Shown here piece after piece: positions 14,490 through 29,281 of a DNA stretch of 64,000 bases (positions within the stretch are counted from its first letter, which is position 1; each line of letters opens with the position of its first letter). The position numbers and the translations under genes are program-made. Source of the DNA: Chrysomallon squamiferum. Its lineage: Eukaryota; Animalia; Mollusca. Where the stretch lies: positions 1,674,001 to 1,738,000 of the forward strand of contig CM022668.1 in assembly GCA_012295275.1 (NCBI GenBank), given 5' to 3'. The notes beneath the pieces were generated by a model. It saw only the letters and a program-made list of their open reading frames with translations, made no database searches and was not told the DNA's origin.

Positions 14490-14747
14490 GTACACCTCAC
14501 CAAATTATGAGCCTGGGTCAAGACGATATGACACCAGCAGTAGTTACAAATCCTTTGATTCCGGTTCAAGTTATCGACGTCCTTATGGTCTTGCCAGCTC
14601 AGCCAGCAGTTACTCTAGTCCTAGGTCATTTACTCTCGACTCATCCTCAGCATACAGCCCAGCAGTGAGGTCGTATTCCAGCACCTACACCTCACGCAGT
14701 GGTAGTTCTGACAGTGCCACACTTTCAAGAATTAGTACAAGAACAAG
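14490..14747 (+). CDS. SVIL: Supervillin exon, Ser/Tyr/Arg-rich (YTSPNYEPGSRRYDTSSS...RISTRT)
   Basis: cag|G acceptor, AAG|gtaaca donor, 258 nt open, phase 2-2. Not in the ORF track. Confidence 0.8.
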
Positions 14748-15157
14748 GTAACAAGTAACTAAAGTTTTACTTCTGACTAAATTACATACACTGGCACTTA
14801 TAAATATTATATTAGTAATATTACATATAGACGGACTTCAGAAATGATTAATGATGCCATGCTTCATGATAAACATTTAAAAATGTTAGTAATATCAACA
14901 CTAATAAATGTATAAATAAAATCTAGTTAGTACTAATCTTATTTATTCTTGATAAAAGCTTATATTATAAACAGCTATTTTGATGTAACTGATATTTATA
15001 TTTGATATCATCAAATCTATGTTAAGAAAAACATTTTATTTGGTTATAATATAATTTTTTTAACAATAGGAATAACTTTTTTTTTTTTTGTAATACATTA
15101 TTTCTAATTCACTAATAATGCTTCAAAACTTTATCTAATTTTCTGTTTTTTGATCAG

Positions 15158-17269
15158 TGCTTCAAAGTGGGATGATGCCTCCAAAACATCAAGAGATATT
15201 TTGTCTTCAAGAAATGGCAGATCATCTCCTCATACTAGCCTTTCTCACCTGTCATCTGCTGCCAGATCTAGTCCCAGGTCTAGCATTTCCTCTGAGCCTT
15301 CACTGGAACGGGAAAGCCCACATGATACATCTCTCCGTAGATCTTCAAAATTATCTCGATTGGATCTTGACAGGAGGTCAGACAGTGGGAGTGAAAGAGA
15401 TATTTCCAGACATAGAGACAATGGCAAGAACAGTGCTCTGGATGACTACAGAGCCTCTCGCAGAGCTAAGGAGAACAGCCAGGAAAGTGATGTTAAAAGG
15501 TCATGGAGAACCAGAATTGATGAGTACAAGACAAAGAATGATGACACCGGTTCTACAGAGAGTGATCCAGATCATCGCTCAGTGAGACGGCGACCTGCTT
15601 TTAAAGAATCTTCAAGTTCAGAACAAAGCACTGAGACAAACTATCGCAGCAAATACAGAAATCAGAAATCAGCAAATGGAGATAAAACTGAAAATGTAAG
15701 TATGAAAGAAACTGTCAAAGACTCATATACAGAATCTGGTGATAATGTTTATATTCCATTCAGTGAGAGAAAAAAACAATTTGATGTAAAGAAAAGTGTC
15801 TCAGATGCTGATGATGCTTATATTCCATTTAGTGACAGGAAAAAGAAACATTTAGAAGATGTGAAGGAGAATGAAACAAAGCCTGAAGTGGTTAACATTG
15901 CAGTGACAGAAGGATCTGGTGTTGAAGAAAGTAACAGATCAGATGTAGCTGAGGAATCCTTGATAAAGGTGTCTCAGTTTAAAGACATTGCCAGAAAGAT
16001 CAGTGACTCTTCTGACTCGCATGCAACTGATGAGCTGGATGCACTGAAAAAAGCTGAACGAATAGCTCGCTATAAAGAAGAACGTCGTAAGCAGTTTGCA
16101 GCAATCTCAAATGTTCAAACCAATGATTCCCAGCCACTGGAAAGTCAGGACTCTTTAAAGACTGCAGATCAGGACAATAACAAGCCTGATGAAAATGTTA
16201 AGATCATTCCAGCTCACGGTGATGGGATTGCTGCTTGTGATAAAGATGTGACTGGTTCTGGTAAGGCTAATGCTTCATCAGATAAAGTCAGGACACCAAG
16301 GCGACGACTTCCAGATATACCTGTCCAAAGCTTGAAAGAAAAGGAGCAAAGACTTCAGGATTTCATTCATTCCCAGGCAAGATACCTACGCCAAGGTACT
16401 GATTCATCTACAACTTTCGAGGACAAACTTAGTGATAAAAGACATTCCCCAGTGACAAAACCTGCCATGACAACAAATGGTGTGAAGAGAACATCATCAT
16501 TGAAAACTGAGAATTCCAGACCGCAAGATAAAACTTCTGTAAATAGGAGAGTTTCACAGAAAGAATCTACTAACAGTAATATTGATAATAATAGTCCTTT
16601 TCAGCATGTGAAGACATCCAGTTCATTATCTGCTTCACCAAGAGAGTCTCCAGTTTCAGACAAAAATAGCAGGTTAAAGAACCAATTATCACCAGCTGAG
16701 CATTCAAGCAAGTCAAAGGAAACCAAAGCTAAACATTCAGGATCTGACAGATACACCCCAAAAGCTCGAAGATCAAAGAGTGATATTAGTTTGTCTCCAA
16801 GAAGTGTGGAGGTGATCAAATCACATACCAATATTACAGAATATTCCAGAGAATCAGAGTCACCTGATACACATCATGACACAAAGTCTGGCACTAAGTC
16901 TTCAAAATCTGACCAACTAAAACTACAGCAGATTGCCAGCTTCAAAAACACAGGTGAGTTAGCCTCACACAGAGCAACAGATGACAATGACAGTGAAGTG
17001 AGAAACAAAACTGGTAAGAAAGATGACGATTCACTGACACCTCATGCTGTCACAAGTTCTGGCAATCTGGACGACCTGCTCAAAGAGAATGCTAACTATC
17101 TCTCAGATGTGGATTTAGATTTGCCAGATCTTACTCCATTGTCAAAAAAGTCTTCTACAAATGATAGTTCACTTCGTAGATCGCTGAGAAAGAAGAAGCT
17201 TGTCAGATCATCATCAAGCAAAGGGAAGGGAGATAAACTGAAAGCTGGAGCTTACAGTGATTTAAAAAG
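15158..17269 (+). CDS. SVIL: Supervillin giant exon (2112 nt) containing KAERIARYKEERRKQFA
   Basis: ORF 15150-17273; tgatcag| acceptor, AAG|gtaaag donor, phase 2-2. The motif resembles the N-terminal myosin-II-binding region of vertebrate SVIL. Confidence 0.92.
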
Positions 17270-19517
17270 GTAAAGTCATTGAATTTTGTCATTGATATTA
17301 TATGGTAAATACTGGTAAGCTATAAAAAGAATTGTCATAATAAGAATCATTATTTCTATCAGTTACAGTATTAAGATAATTATTCTTAAAAGTTATAACA
17401 TTCAATAAAACGTTCTTTTACAAACAACAGTTTCAAAAAATACAAAAAAAGAACAAGGAAGGTTAATAGCTGTTTTTCGTGGCAGTAACATAACACGAGA
17501 AATGAAATGTGTTCATGGCATCTTATTTAGATTTCTCCCTGCTATTATTTCTTCAGCTTCTGTATATCTACTTCCCTTATAGCATCACAACAAGGTTACT
17601 GTTTACAGAATCTGTGAAATCTGCTTTCTGTATTGTGGAAATGAGCCAAACCAAACTGAGTTCTGCTTCCTAATGTCTTAAACAATTGTGAGAATCCGGC
17701 AGTGCAGCAGTAATACTTGGCAAAAACTGATGAAAACACATGCTGTAAATTGTTCACCTTGCCCCTGCTTTCAGTACATAATCAGTAAGAAAATAATGTA
17801 TTAAAAAATACATAACAAAATGTACAGTAAGAAAATGACCCTATTAAAGTTGTAAACTTTGATCAAATAGCAGATAGTGTTGGATAACATTGCCAGTTCT
17901 CTTATCATAATGGTGTAATGTTTAAAACACACAACACTGATTGTATTAAACAGAACTCTGTATTGTGACAACCACCCACAGAAATGATCTTGTTGTAAAA
18001 TTTTATCTTGACAATTAATAATTAGACAAATATTGTATTTAAATGATACAACTACACAACAAAAACTAATTCACTTGAATGATCATTATTTTTAAATACA
18101 CTCATCACATTTTGAAAAAATGTAGTAACAAAATGTTTAAAGAAAAAAAAAAATATAAATAAAGGTAAAAAATATAAAGAAATTTTGTTATACTTCATTT
18201 TAAAATCTGTATATTGCCATTTTGTTTTTATTATTTAAATCAAATTTCCAAGACAGTTTCTGATTATCATTCTATGGTTAAAATATAAGTTCATATATTT
18301 TTATAGTTTATGTACAATGAACAATACTTTAAAGGTTTATTGGGTAAATTCTCAAGAAAGTATACTGACAATAATACTGTCATGTAGCAAAAAAACTTCA
18401 AAATATTTTATATGATAATTACTGTTTACATTTACAACATACTTGATCTAAACAGCCAGATAATTGTTACTGCTTCCTTCTGAATGCATACAAATGTTAT
18501 GTAAAATTATTGTACACAGTATAATTGCTACTGAAGCACTATAAATCAGGTTAAATCAGTTTGCTAGGGTACAGACAGAGAGTTGTCAGCAGGTGGCAGA
18601 ATTCACCTGCTGTTTACTTATACTGGCAAACTATTAACACTCTAGATATAATCACACGCTGTATATTTCTTAGCAAATATAACTTTAAAAGCGACCGACT
18701 TGATTTTTTGCCACAACATAAAACATAGTTAACACTTTCCCATATCAGATACAGTTCTTTGTCCTTTGTGGACTTTTTTCTTTCAGTTGTTAATTTATAT
18801 AATGAAAGAAGTGATTTTTCTTATTGTGGATTCAACAGTCATGTATAGTGTCATATATTTAAAGTGTGTGTGATTTTCATTTAAAATATTTTTTTGTTTA
18901 TTTATTTGCTGTTATTATTATTATTATTATTATTATTAAAAAAGTGTGAAAAGAAAAGAAGTAAACAAACAAACAAACAAAATTAATATACACATAAAAG
19001 TTAAAATTAATGTCAGCAGATCATGCTTAAACTTTTTCTTTATTTCTAATGTTTTCTTTATTTCTTTTTGCCTTCATTTGAATCTGCAACTTACCAGTAT
19101 TTAAAATTTGTGTGTATAGAACTCTTGACAAAAACAGAACAAACTAAATCACAACAATAAATAGTGTTTTATTTTAATTAGAAAATGGCATTTAGTCTTA
19201 TATAATTTGTGTTTTACACAGTACTCTCTCTTGTAAATCATTTTGCTTTTAGTCTACATGTAACATAAACTGCATTAATTAACATTCTTGTGCTAATGTG
19301 TAGGCTGTAACTAAATGGTTAGATTGGAGAAATGAAGAATGTTGTGTGTCATTGGATCAGTCTATGTCATATAGCCTATTTCCTATTCCAGCTAGTACCT
19401 CATAATTAGTTAGTCAAAAGCAATAGAACAGCTTCAGATCTGTGGGAAGGTGAATGCCTTGTGGCTAAGTGATAACAGCCAACACTGTTCAGTACAATTT
19501 TTGTTTTCATATTTTTA

Positions 19518-19521
<4 letters not shown>

Positions 19522-19595
<74 letters not shown>

Positions 19596-19614
19596 GTTAT
19601 TATTATTATTATTA
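19522..19614. repeat. (TTA)n microsatellite
   Basis: Read directly. Confidence 0.95.
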
Positions 19615-20199
19615 TATATTTTTTTTTTTTTACTGAAAACTGTTAAAAAAACAACAAAACAAACAACAAAAAAAAAAACATAATTTTTATTTGACACATA
19701 AGAAAAAATATTGAAGTGTTATTAAGCAAATACTCTTTCATTCACCATTCTTGTTATGAAGACTTACAACAAAAAAAAGATAAAAAAGATCCAAAACAAA
19801 ACAAGAAGAACAAAAATGAAAAGAAAGAGAGGATGAAAGACTGAAAAGAAAGAAAAAAAGAAAAATATTTCTGTAATGAGAAACTGCACAATCGCTGCAC
19901 TAGAAAAGAGATATTTAGCTCAGTTGATGTGGACATTAACCTCAGTCTTGGAGGTGCTGTGCATACCTAAAACCTAAAGTAAATATTGGCAGCTACCTGT
20001 TAGCATAACTATAGTTTGTGTATTAATTCAGACATATGTGGACACAGATAATGTGGCATTTCCATGGCTGACATAATACATTAATAGCATATGCCTTGTT
20101 AAACCGCTCAGTGCAGTGGCTTTGTGTTGTGGTGGGACAGACAGCAGTGGAAATTCTCTTGGCTTGTTTTCAACTTGGTAATTACTCAGGTTGTTCAAG

Positions 20200-20210
20200 A
20201 TGGGTGCTTG
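20200..20210 (+). CDS. Candidate alternative first exon, coding end MGA(W)
   Basis: caagATGg strong context; ATG GGT GCT TG|gtaagg; phase 2 matches the 23083 acceptor; preceded by a locally GC-richer stretch. Confidence 0.5.
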
Positions 20211-23082
20211 GTAAGGAATCATTTTCTCTTTGATACTTTTCTGTTGGGTAACACTTAGTACTTAGTAATTAACATCTTCTTCACTGGTGTAAGTGTATGT
20301 GAAGCAGGTCATACTGCCTTTCTAATGTCAAAGGATTATATGTTAAAATACCATTTGTTGTATAGTTATAGTGTATTTAGATCTGCTAATACTGTAGGAG
20401 TAAATCTAAATATTTACACTGGTAAGTAAATCAAATAACATTATTAAATAATTATTATACAACTAACTTACAGAGTTTTTTTGTTTTTTAATTTTATATT
20501 GTGTGCTTTGCTTTTACTCTTGGATTGTTTAGTATTTGGGAGTTTATGTGGTTTATCAATAATGTCAATCACAGTGGATATGTTTCTTTGTTTTAGAACA
20601 TCTTTATGTTCTTATTTTGCATTTTGGATATGTTTGTTTATTGGTCAGGACAAGGGTATATGCTGTGTGTTAATATTATTCTAATTGGATAAGTTACTTT
20701 TGAATCTTTTATAATATATTTTAAAAACGTCTATTTAAACATATGTTTATTGTTATTTACACATAGTTTGTATATTTAATTAAATTTAACAAGTTCTTTT
20801 TAAAAATATCTAATATTATGAGCAACATTTTAAAAAATATTTTGATGAACGTGACATTTACATTTGTAGAAACATATTCATAATATTTGTTGTTACCAGA
20901 GAAGTTACTGATTAACTAGAAATGTTAATTTTCTTGGCCCTAGAACTGTTGGCACATAATACTAGTGCAGAGCATGAAATAAGTACTGGTATTCATGTGA
21001 ATAATATTAGTGTGTTATTAGCCTTGGCAGTCAGGAACTGTAGATGTGTATCATACCTACTTTGTGATTATTAATATACTTGAACAAAAATGTTATTTAG
21101 ATTTGTTATAGAAATTAACTAGTTGTTTGTATTCATAATCAAATTCAGGTTAAAGTAATATTTCAAAATAAATATCTAATTAGAGACAGATAAATATCTT
21201 TATTTTATTATTTTCATTAGAAAGGTATATTTAAGAAGAAAAGTGATATTTATCTTTACTGCATACCTGACAGGTTCATGAAGTAATACTGGATAGAAAA
21301 GTAGAATATCATTTAGATGATGGATTAGAAAACACAACCATAAAAAGAAAAAGAAAAAAAGAAACTAAAAAATGACATTTGGTTTCTTGTTTTTATTCTT
21401 ACTTTTGGGTTTTTAGGATTTTTAAGTGTACTTTGATCATATACTTTGTTTGCTTTATTGAAACTGCATATATTCATTATTAAAGGACATTAATTATATA
21501 AAGGAAAAAATAAATAAATAAAAGAATGAAACAAAATGAAACAAAGAAAATAAATATGATTTATAATGGTAATACTGTTCACAGTTCAGACTTGTTTATC
21601 AGATTCAGTTACTGGAATTTGTTGGCAGTAAATGTATCTGGGGCTTTCTTTCTGTATACATGTGTTTTATGTGTGGATGAAATGATTGATGGTTCTACTA
21701 GTCATATTTATTGTGGATTTCTGTGTGGATTTGTGTATGTGTGTCTACGTGTGTGTTTGTGGATGTGTGTGTGTTTGTGGATGTATGTTGTGTGTGTCTG
21801 GATGTGTGTGTTCTGTGTTTGGAAGAATTTGTGCTCATACAATCTGGGGAATTTTTGTATATGTCTTTGTGTGTGTGTGTGTGTGTGTGTGTCTAAACAG
21901 ATTTTATCTTATTTGTATTGGCATAATCCTGTTCTTACTATAAATTTGTACCTAATGCATGCAATATCTTCTAAGCAATATTTACATAGTGAAACAGAAA
22001 CATAAGTATTCCTTCATAGGTTTCTCAGCCAGAACCATTTGTATAGAATTAACTCTAATGTAGAAAGGGGAAATATCCAATTATATTATAGAAGAAACAA
22101 CTGTTTTTTTTATTTCAGAATGTATAATGGTGTAAATAATTTTCCTGAAAGATTTAACAGACATTAGTTTGTTGAAAAAAACAAAAAAAATGAAAACGGT
22201 GTTTAAAAAAGCTGTGTTAAATTTATAGATGTGTTGATGTTTATAGCTTGCTGTTCTGGATGTCACCTGTGACAGGTATTCAATCAGTTAAGTGGGAAAT
22301 GTTGTATAATTACTCTCTCCACTACGGTTGTTAACCTTACAGGAGCTGAAAACACATAGCCTTTCTTAAAGTATCTGTGGTTTGAAACTGCTAAAAGCAG
22401 TGTCAACTGTCAGATACATACAAATCTGCCTGTATAAACAAACAGTGTAGAAAAATACACTAGCAGTCAGTTACACATCCACTTTGTCACTAATTAATAC
22501 AAACACACATTTATACATACACCCACCAATGCATAATAATTTGACTAATGCTGTTTTAATATTACAAAGTTAGAGTTAAGGTATGTTTCAGAAGCTCAGT
22601 CTTTGTATGGTATTTGGATTTATTCTGTCAATACACTTGTTTGTTTATGATAAATATACTGTAATTATATAATACTATTAACCTACATTTGTATTCACTG
22701 AACACAGAAATTTAAGAGGGAATGTATCACTTTTTATTATTGTTTAAAAAAAGCTTATTGGATGTGTGTGTGTGTGTGTGTGTTTGTGTATGTGTGTGTG
22801 TGTATGTGTGTGTGTGCAAAATTAAATATATTCATAATTTGTAATATTCCTTTTTATAATAGTAAAAATAACAAAAAAACAAGAACAACAATAATTATAA
22901 TAAATAAATAAATGACTGTTCAGATAAGAAAACAACAATTTCTTCACAACCTAACCAAAATAATTAGCTGGATATGTATGTATGTGTGTGTATATATTGT
23001 TTTTGTAAGACCATTTTTGTGGGATTTTTAAATTGCATCAATATTTTAATAATTTTCAAACAATAAATTTATTCTGTTTCAG

Positions 23083-23441
23083 GAATTCTCGTGAAGACAC
23101 TAACTCTACATCTCCTCCTGATTTGTCACACCGTGGAAAAGAGGACAGTGAAGCCAGCACAACCAGTGTAACCAAGAAGGAGACTAATAATGCAAGAAAA
23201 TCTCTCGTTTATCCAGAGGTACAGGCTGAACCCAGCCCTAGCCCAGCCATGAGAAAAAAAGATATTCCAGAGGATGACAAACAGCTGGTTACTAACAAGG
23301 ACAGCGTGTGTGGCTCGACAGAAAGTGAGAATTTTTACAGTGCCCCTTCCACTCCAACAAGCAGAGAATATGTTAAAAAGAAAAAGAAAGATAAAAGTGC
23401 ACTGCGAAAATCTGCTCTTAATATGAGAGATGATGATGAAG
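23083..23441 (+). CDS. SVIL: Supervillin exon (NSREDTNSTSPP...MRDDDE)
   Basis: tttcag|G acceptor, GAAG|gtaaga donor, phase 2-1; within ORF 23033-23452. Confidence 0.88.
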
Positions 23442-26400
23442 GTAAGACTTAAACATTATTTTAAATTGCTTTACAGAATAGATTACAATTAGGTTTTACT
23501 TCAGAAAAAATCAACAACAGCAGCAGCAACAACAAAATAATAAATAAATAAATTGTATAAGAATTAAAAATAAGAATTATTTAAAAGTGTGCATATAAGT
23601 ATTTTTTATTAATTGTATTTTAGTATACATGTATATTTTTTTTTATCATATTGTTTGTAAACACTTAAACAATACAGGATCACTTATCTGTTACTACAGC
23701 CTGCACACTAGTATATATATATATATATATATTAAAAAAAATCACAAATAATAATAGATGATGCAAATAAATTAAAACAATTTTATTATAGTATTGTTGC
23801 TATTTTTGCTGAATAAGTAATAATATATTAGACTGAAAATATATCAGAATTTGAAAAAAAAAAAAAAACCAAAACAAACATCTAAATTTGTTTCTTTATA
23901 ATAGTTCAAGAAATAAATAATAATTATTACTTTAAAACTGATAAGTCTATCAATCCAAACAAAAACAAAATCAAAATATATGTTTTACAAAACATTTCAA
24001 TATATACATAGGTGTTTTAAGGCAAATACAATTTCAGCAGATGTGGACTTCATCATTTTTGAAATTTTGATTTATTACTTGAATGTAAAATAAAATAGGA
24101 TATGCCAGATGGAAGAAAATTAGGTTGTGTGTATCACAGTAGAGTGAAAAAAGTTTTATTTAAAATATACTTAACAGAGGTGACACCTAAAGTGACCTAC
24201 ATGTAATACTTAGGCTTTATTTTGAACGTGGCTATCCTAATATTGACAGTCTTTGAGTTCTGAATTCACTGTTAGCCTATTGAATTTGTGTATATTATTG
24301 AATGTTGTCATATTCTTTAGATAAACATATAGACTGACCTAATCTTTACTGTGACCAAGATGTTTGCATGCTGTCATTCTTTGAAAGCGTGTGATATCAG
24401 GCTAGTGTGAATAAAAGAAATAAAGTAAATACAGTACTTAGGGAGTTTCTTGCTATCTGAATATCTTTGCATATGTCAGCCTGTACTTTAATCAATATGT
24501 TTCAGATATTCACATTTTGTAGCCCCGGGCTTTAATAACATTAAAAAAGAGGTTTTACTGCATGCTTTAAAGCTGTTAGCAGTGCTCTTGATTCAGAGTT
24601 TGTGGGATCTGTGTAGTTCAATTTAAAGCCACCAGAGTGAGACTAACTGTTCTATTAGACACATTTATTAATGACAGCTTGAGATTGCTTTCAGCTTTCA
24701 AATATTTAACTTTCTATGGGAATGTGGTTTTTCAGTCAGAAAGTTAAGTTTGGCTTGTTCAAAGAAGATTTAAAAACCTCATATAAAATAACACATTTTA
24801 ACTAAACATTTATTTGAATTTATTATCAAATCCACTATAAAAGGTAAAATATTTTTAAAATTTTAAGTAATTCCATTGAACAATTTGAAGCAAACATTTG
24901 AAAGAGGATATATTTAATCGCCATGACTTCTGGATTTTGAAGTATACATGAAGTTGTAATTGTATGAGGAGTCTGTTGTGCTGTTTTGAACAGTAGTTTG
25001 AATTTTCTCAAGATGTTTTAGAATTCTTATGGACCAGTTTTTAAGTAGGATAGTTTGATATTCTTAAGGAGCTTAATTGTAAATTAATCAATTTTGTTAA
25101 TGGATTTGGAGGATACCATTGAGGTTTTCATGTTGATGTTGGACCTTAAAGAATCAGAAAACTTGATCATTACGTACTGTTGTAATAAAAGATTTGGTTT
25201 TAATCAGTTCCAAATCCTGTAGTATCCTTCCAGCCATACTGTAGTCAGAAGATTATAAAAATTTAATTGAATTAGATGAAACAAATCAAAATATGAATCC
25301 ATGTTAAACCTCAGTTAGATTTTTTCTTTTCTTTTGAGGAGAAAGTTGGCAGGATGTTAAAACAAGCTGATAAGTTTAGATAAGATAATTCACTGCATAT
25401 AAACAATTATTGCTAATTTAATTTTCTACTAGAAAAAGCATTCAGCTTAGCTTCACTTTACCAGACATTCTGGTTTATTTATTAAGTGCTTTCATAATAA
25501 TGTTAATCTTGAGAAATTGCTGGTATGTTAAACTTTCAAACAGATCAGAACTTATATTTATAACATTTGTGTTTCCCATTTAAGTTAAATTTGAAGCAAA
25601 AGAAAACAAAAACAAATAAAAAATAATTCAATTAATAATAATAGCAAAGAAATAAAACAACTAATAACAGTTTAAAAAATGAAATAAAAATCATAATTTA
25701 GTATTTTGAAATATTTCAACATAATCTGTTCTGCACTGGGTTTTACCTTGTGATATCTGAGTGAATTGTTTCCATTACACACCTGGATTTATGTAACAGG
25801 CAGGTAACTGATAACATATTATTAATGGAGAGAGACACATGAAAAACAGGATGTAGATTACAAAAAAATGCTATTCTCTTGTGATCTACCACTCCATGTC
25901 ACAAACAGGTGAGAATGTGAAAACAGGATTTCATTTGTTATTTTCTGTTATCTGCTACTGTGTACAGCAGAATTGTGTAATTAGCAGGGTGACTTAACAG
26001 TGTGATAATAAACTGTGAGTAATATTGTTCCTTGATTTATAAAAATTAGGTAACCTATAGGCAAGCTATAGTGTAAGAGTAGGCACAGGAGAAAAGAATT
26101 TCTTTGTTGTGATGGAGAAGTGAACAGATTTAAACAACAAGAGAGGATCAGATTTCTGTGTCTGTAGTGTTTCACAGATGAAGTAACTCTGTCTGCCTGC
26201 AGTAGTAGCTGGTCTGAAAAACATGTTTGTTGTTTTTAAATATTACTGCCACATGCTAGAAAAATCCTTGCTGGAGGCTACCAGGTGATTGTCAAATTCA
26301 TGTAAATAAGTACATTACTGATGGCACAAATATAACACTCACAGGACAGAATTTCTTTTTTAAGAAAATTAATAATTTTTAATTATATTTTTTATTCATG

Positions 26401-27265
26401 CAATATAGATGTAAGGCAATACAAAAATGTTTTTCTAAAGGACAGGCACCTTTTTGTTAATATGATAAAACAAATGTCTTAGACTTGAATTTCTTGAGTA
26501 TGTTAACAGCTGACAAAACCAAATTCACAAAGAGCACGTCTAAAAATAGCAGTATAATTCTGTTTAATGTAGGTCATTTGTTAAAGTTCTCTTTAAATGA
26601 ATAAAGTCACAAATACATTCATAATATTAAACCAGACTGCTGACAGAGAAATAATTAAAAGTGTATTTAGAGAACGCGTACTGCCTGAGGTACCAGCTAT
26701 TAACATTGCTGATATTTCTGGAGTTTAGTGATAGTAAGATTTTAAACACCTCGTTGACACAAACTGTTGCAGTATTATTTTATTCTTAAACCAGTTGTTA
26801 AAGCTTCTGTTTGCAAAAACAACAGCTTCCATAATCTGATTGCTTTCTCCAATTTGCTGACTGATGACTCATGCTAAACAAAAGAAATAAAAATCTGCAC
26901 CTGCAGTTTGTATCAATAATGATTTCATGAAGAGAAGACATCCTCGAGTTGAAAAAACTACGTCTTTATAACAGATAATAACTCTGAATACAAGAGTCAT
27001 CTGATTTGTAGTTCTTGTTGTCATAATTCATTGCTTGTCATTGAATGAAAATAAAAAGAAATAGAACTGTCTACTCACGTGCTGTTCATAACTAGGAGAC
27101 TACAACCAGTCAAACATTGACAATGTGTTGATAACTGTGCTAATCTGTTAGGAGGCAGCAGACACTTTGTGTGTCTTTGTGTCTTTGTTTGACTTTTCTA
27201 TTTCTTTCTGTTTGTTTCCAATATTGGGACAATTTTGAGGAATAATTTTGCGACACGTTGTCAGG

Positions 27266-27314
27266 ATGTATGTCAGCCACCGAGCTGCCCTGTTTTCAGA
27301 GACATCGGCTCAAG
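27266..27314 (+). CDS. Candidate alternative first exon MYVSHRAALFSETSAQ
   Basis: aggATG start, open 49 nt, CAAG|gtaaga donor; phase 1 matches the 33468 acceptor; local CpG retention. Confidence 0.55.
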
Positions 27315-29197
27315 GTAAGATGCTGATCACATTGTTTTATGGGTGTGGTTTATATAAATAGTGAGTAATTTAAAAATGCCATCTAATATGTTCTGTTATA
27401 AATACTGATTTACTTAAGTACATGACTCTGTTATTGTTGTCTTACAGTGATAGACTGTTTGGTTTATCTTTTGTATTGTGCTTGACATTTAGTTTGTTTT
27501 GGGGTTTTCTGCGGGTATAGCTGGTTCTAACTGAACATCTGCAAACTATAATACATTTTTGATAATAATGATGATGATGATTTTCTATTATTTAGAAACT
27601 ATCTTTTAATAACAATAAAAATATTTAAATAAAACTACTTTTATATTTTAGCTAAATCATATTATTGTGGATTCTTGTTTTTGCTTTTTGTGTGAAACTT
27701 CTGTAGATATTCCTCTTGTCTCTAAATATATAAATATATATATATAAAACACTTTACTGATATAGAACAGGGCTTCTTTGACAGTGATCTATTTTATCCC
27801 AGACTTTATTATTTTAAAAACCAATGGTTTTGTTTATGCAGATGAAAATTTTAATATGATATATATAAAAAAATAATCATTTTACATATTACCTTAAATG
27901 CTTTTATGTACTTTATAGAATAATTAAACAAATATCACATTATGGATACTTTTCATAGCAATTACAGTCACGTAATAGTCCTTGACGATGTTATTGTTGT
28001 CATTTTACATAACATACAAATCATATTAAATAACACTGCATTACAGCTAGTAACATGACTTTATTTTGTTATAGTCTCTGTTAATACATATATAAACAGT
28101 TTGTTATGTTGAGTTGATCATCAGAATGGACTGGTCAGTGGTAAATCATTAACAAGCTTGAGGCATAATTAGTCACATGATCAGTCCTCACCACCAGTTA
28201 GTTTTTGTCACATACTTATTTGTATACAATTTTTCTGTGTATGGGAAGATGCCTATATGGATTCTCCTTTGCTGCTAATTTTGTTACTTACAGCAGATTC
28301 CTTCCTTGTCATATAAACCTACTGGGTTTTTTTCACTTTATAATAATATTGTATTCAGGTTAAATTTAACACATTCTTTGTTTTGAGTTCAAGTACAGAT
28401 TATTTTCTTAATTTTTAAAGAATTTTGTACAGATAAGGTTAGTTTATGTATAATTAATTTCTCCCTTATAACAGGTTCACATAACTTTGAAGTTAGGCCT
28501 TTGAAGTTAGTTTATATATTGAACTAAACTCTAATAGTTGCTGTGCGCATAATTAAATTGTCTGCTTGAATGTAATGCATTATATTCATTGTAAATATTT
28601 TTGTTATTGTTGTTTTATTATTATTACCACCACTATATTACATTTAATATATATTATCCTTTGTTCTGGATACAATACACAACATCAGATATAATTTAAG
28701 AAGTATGAAATAACAGCTGATATAAATTAATTGTTATTTAGTGGGTTTGCTAAGTACAAAAGAAAAAGCAAAACACACACTTCTCAAGGTTGTTAAACAG
28801 TTTACACCCAAATAGGATCTGTTTGTTTATCTTCCAGCGTCAGATGTCTGCTTGCAGGTTCCTTCTAATGGGAGGAAGTAAACTGTAAAGGGATGGTGTT
28901 TTAATTGCTACTTACTGACTAAACAGTGTTACAGCACTGTCTGTTCATGATTCTGTTTTGAACTGTGTTATTTTTACTGCCTACAACTAAGCACCCCACT
29001 GAGCTTTTCTCTTTTTTCCAGCTTCTGACCACAGCATTCTTTATTACAAAAACATTTTAAAAAGGAAAAAAAAAAAAAAAAAAAAAAAAAAGAGTGAATA
29101 AATAAGATTAAATAAATAAATAAGATTTCCAAACATTTAAAAAAAAGAAGAGATAGATAAAAGAAAAAAATGAAATAATAAATCTAAATCATAGGAT

Positions 29198-29199
<2 letters not shown>

Positions 29200-29278
<79 letters not shown>
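29200..29278. repeat. (CA)n microsatellite
   Basis: Read directly. Confidence 0.95.

Positions 29279-29281
<3 letters not shown>

Noticed and set aside
25896-25908. ATG TCA CAA ACA G|gtgaga, phase-compatible with 33468
   Set aside because: Poor initiation context and only 4 codons; indistinguishable from chance without RNA data.
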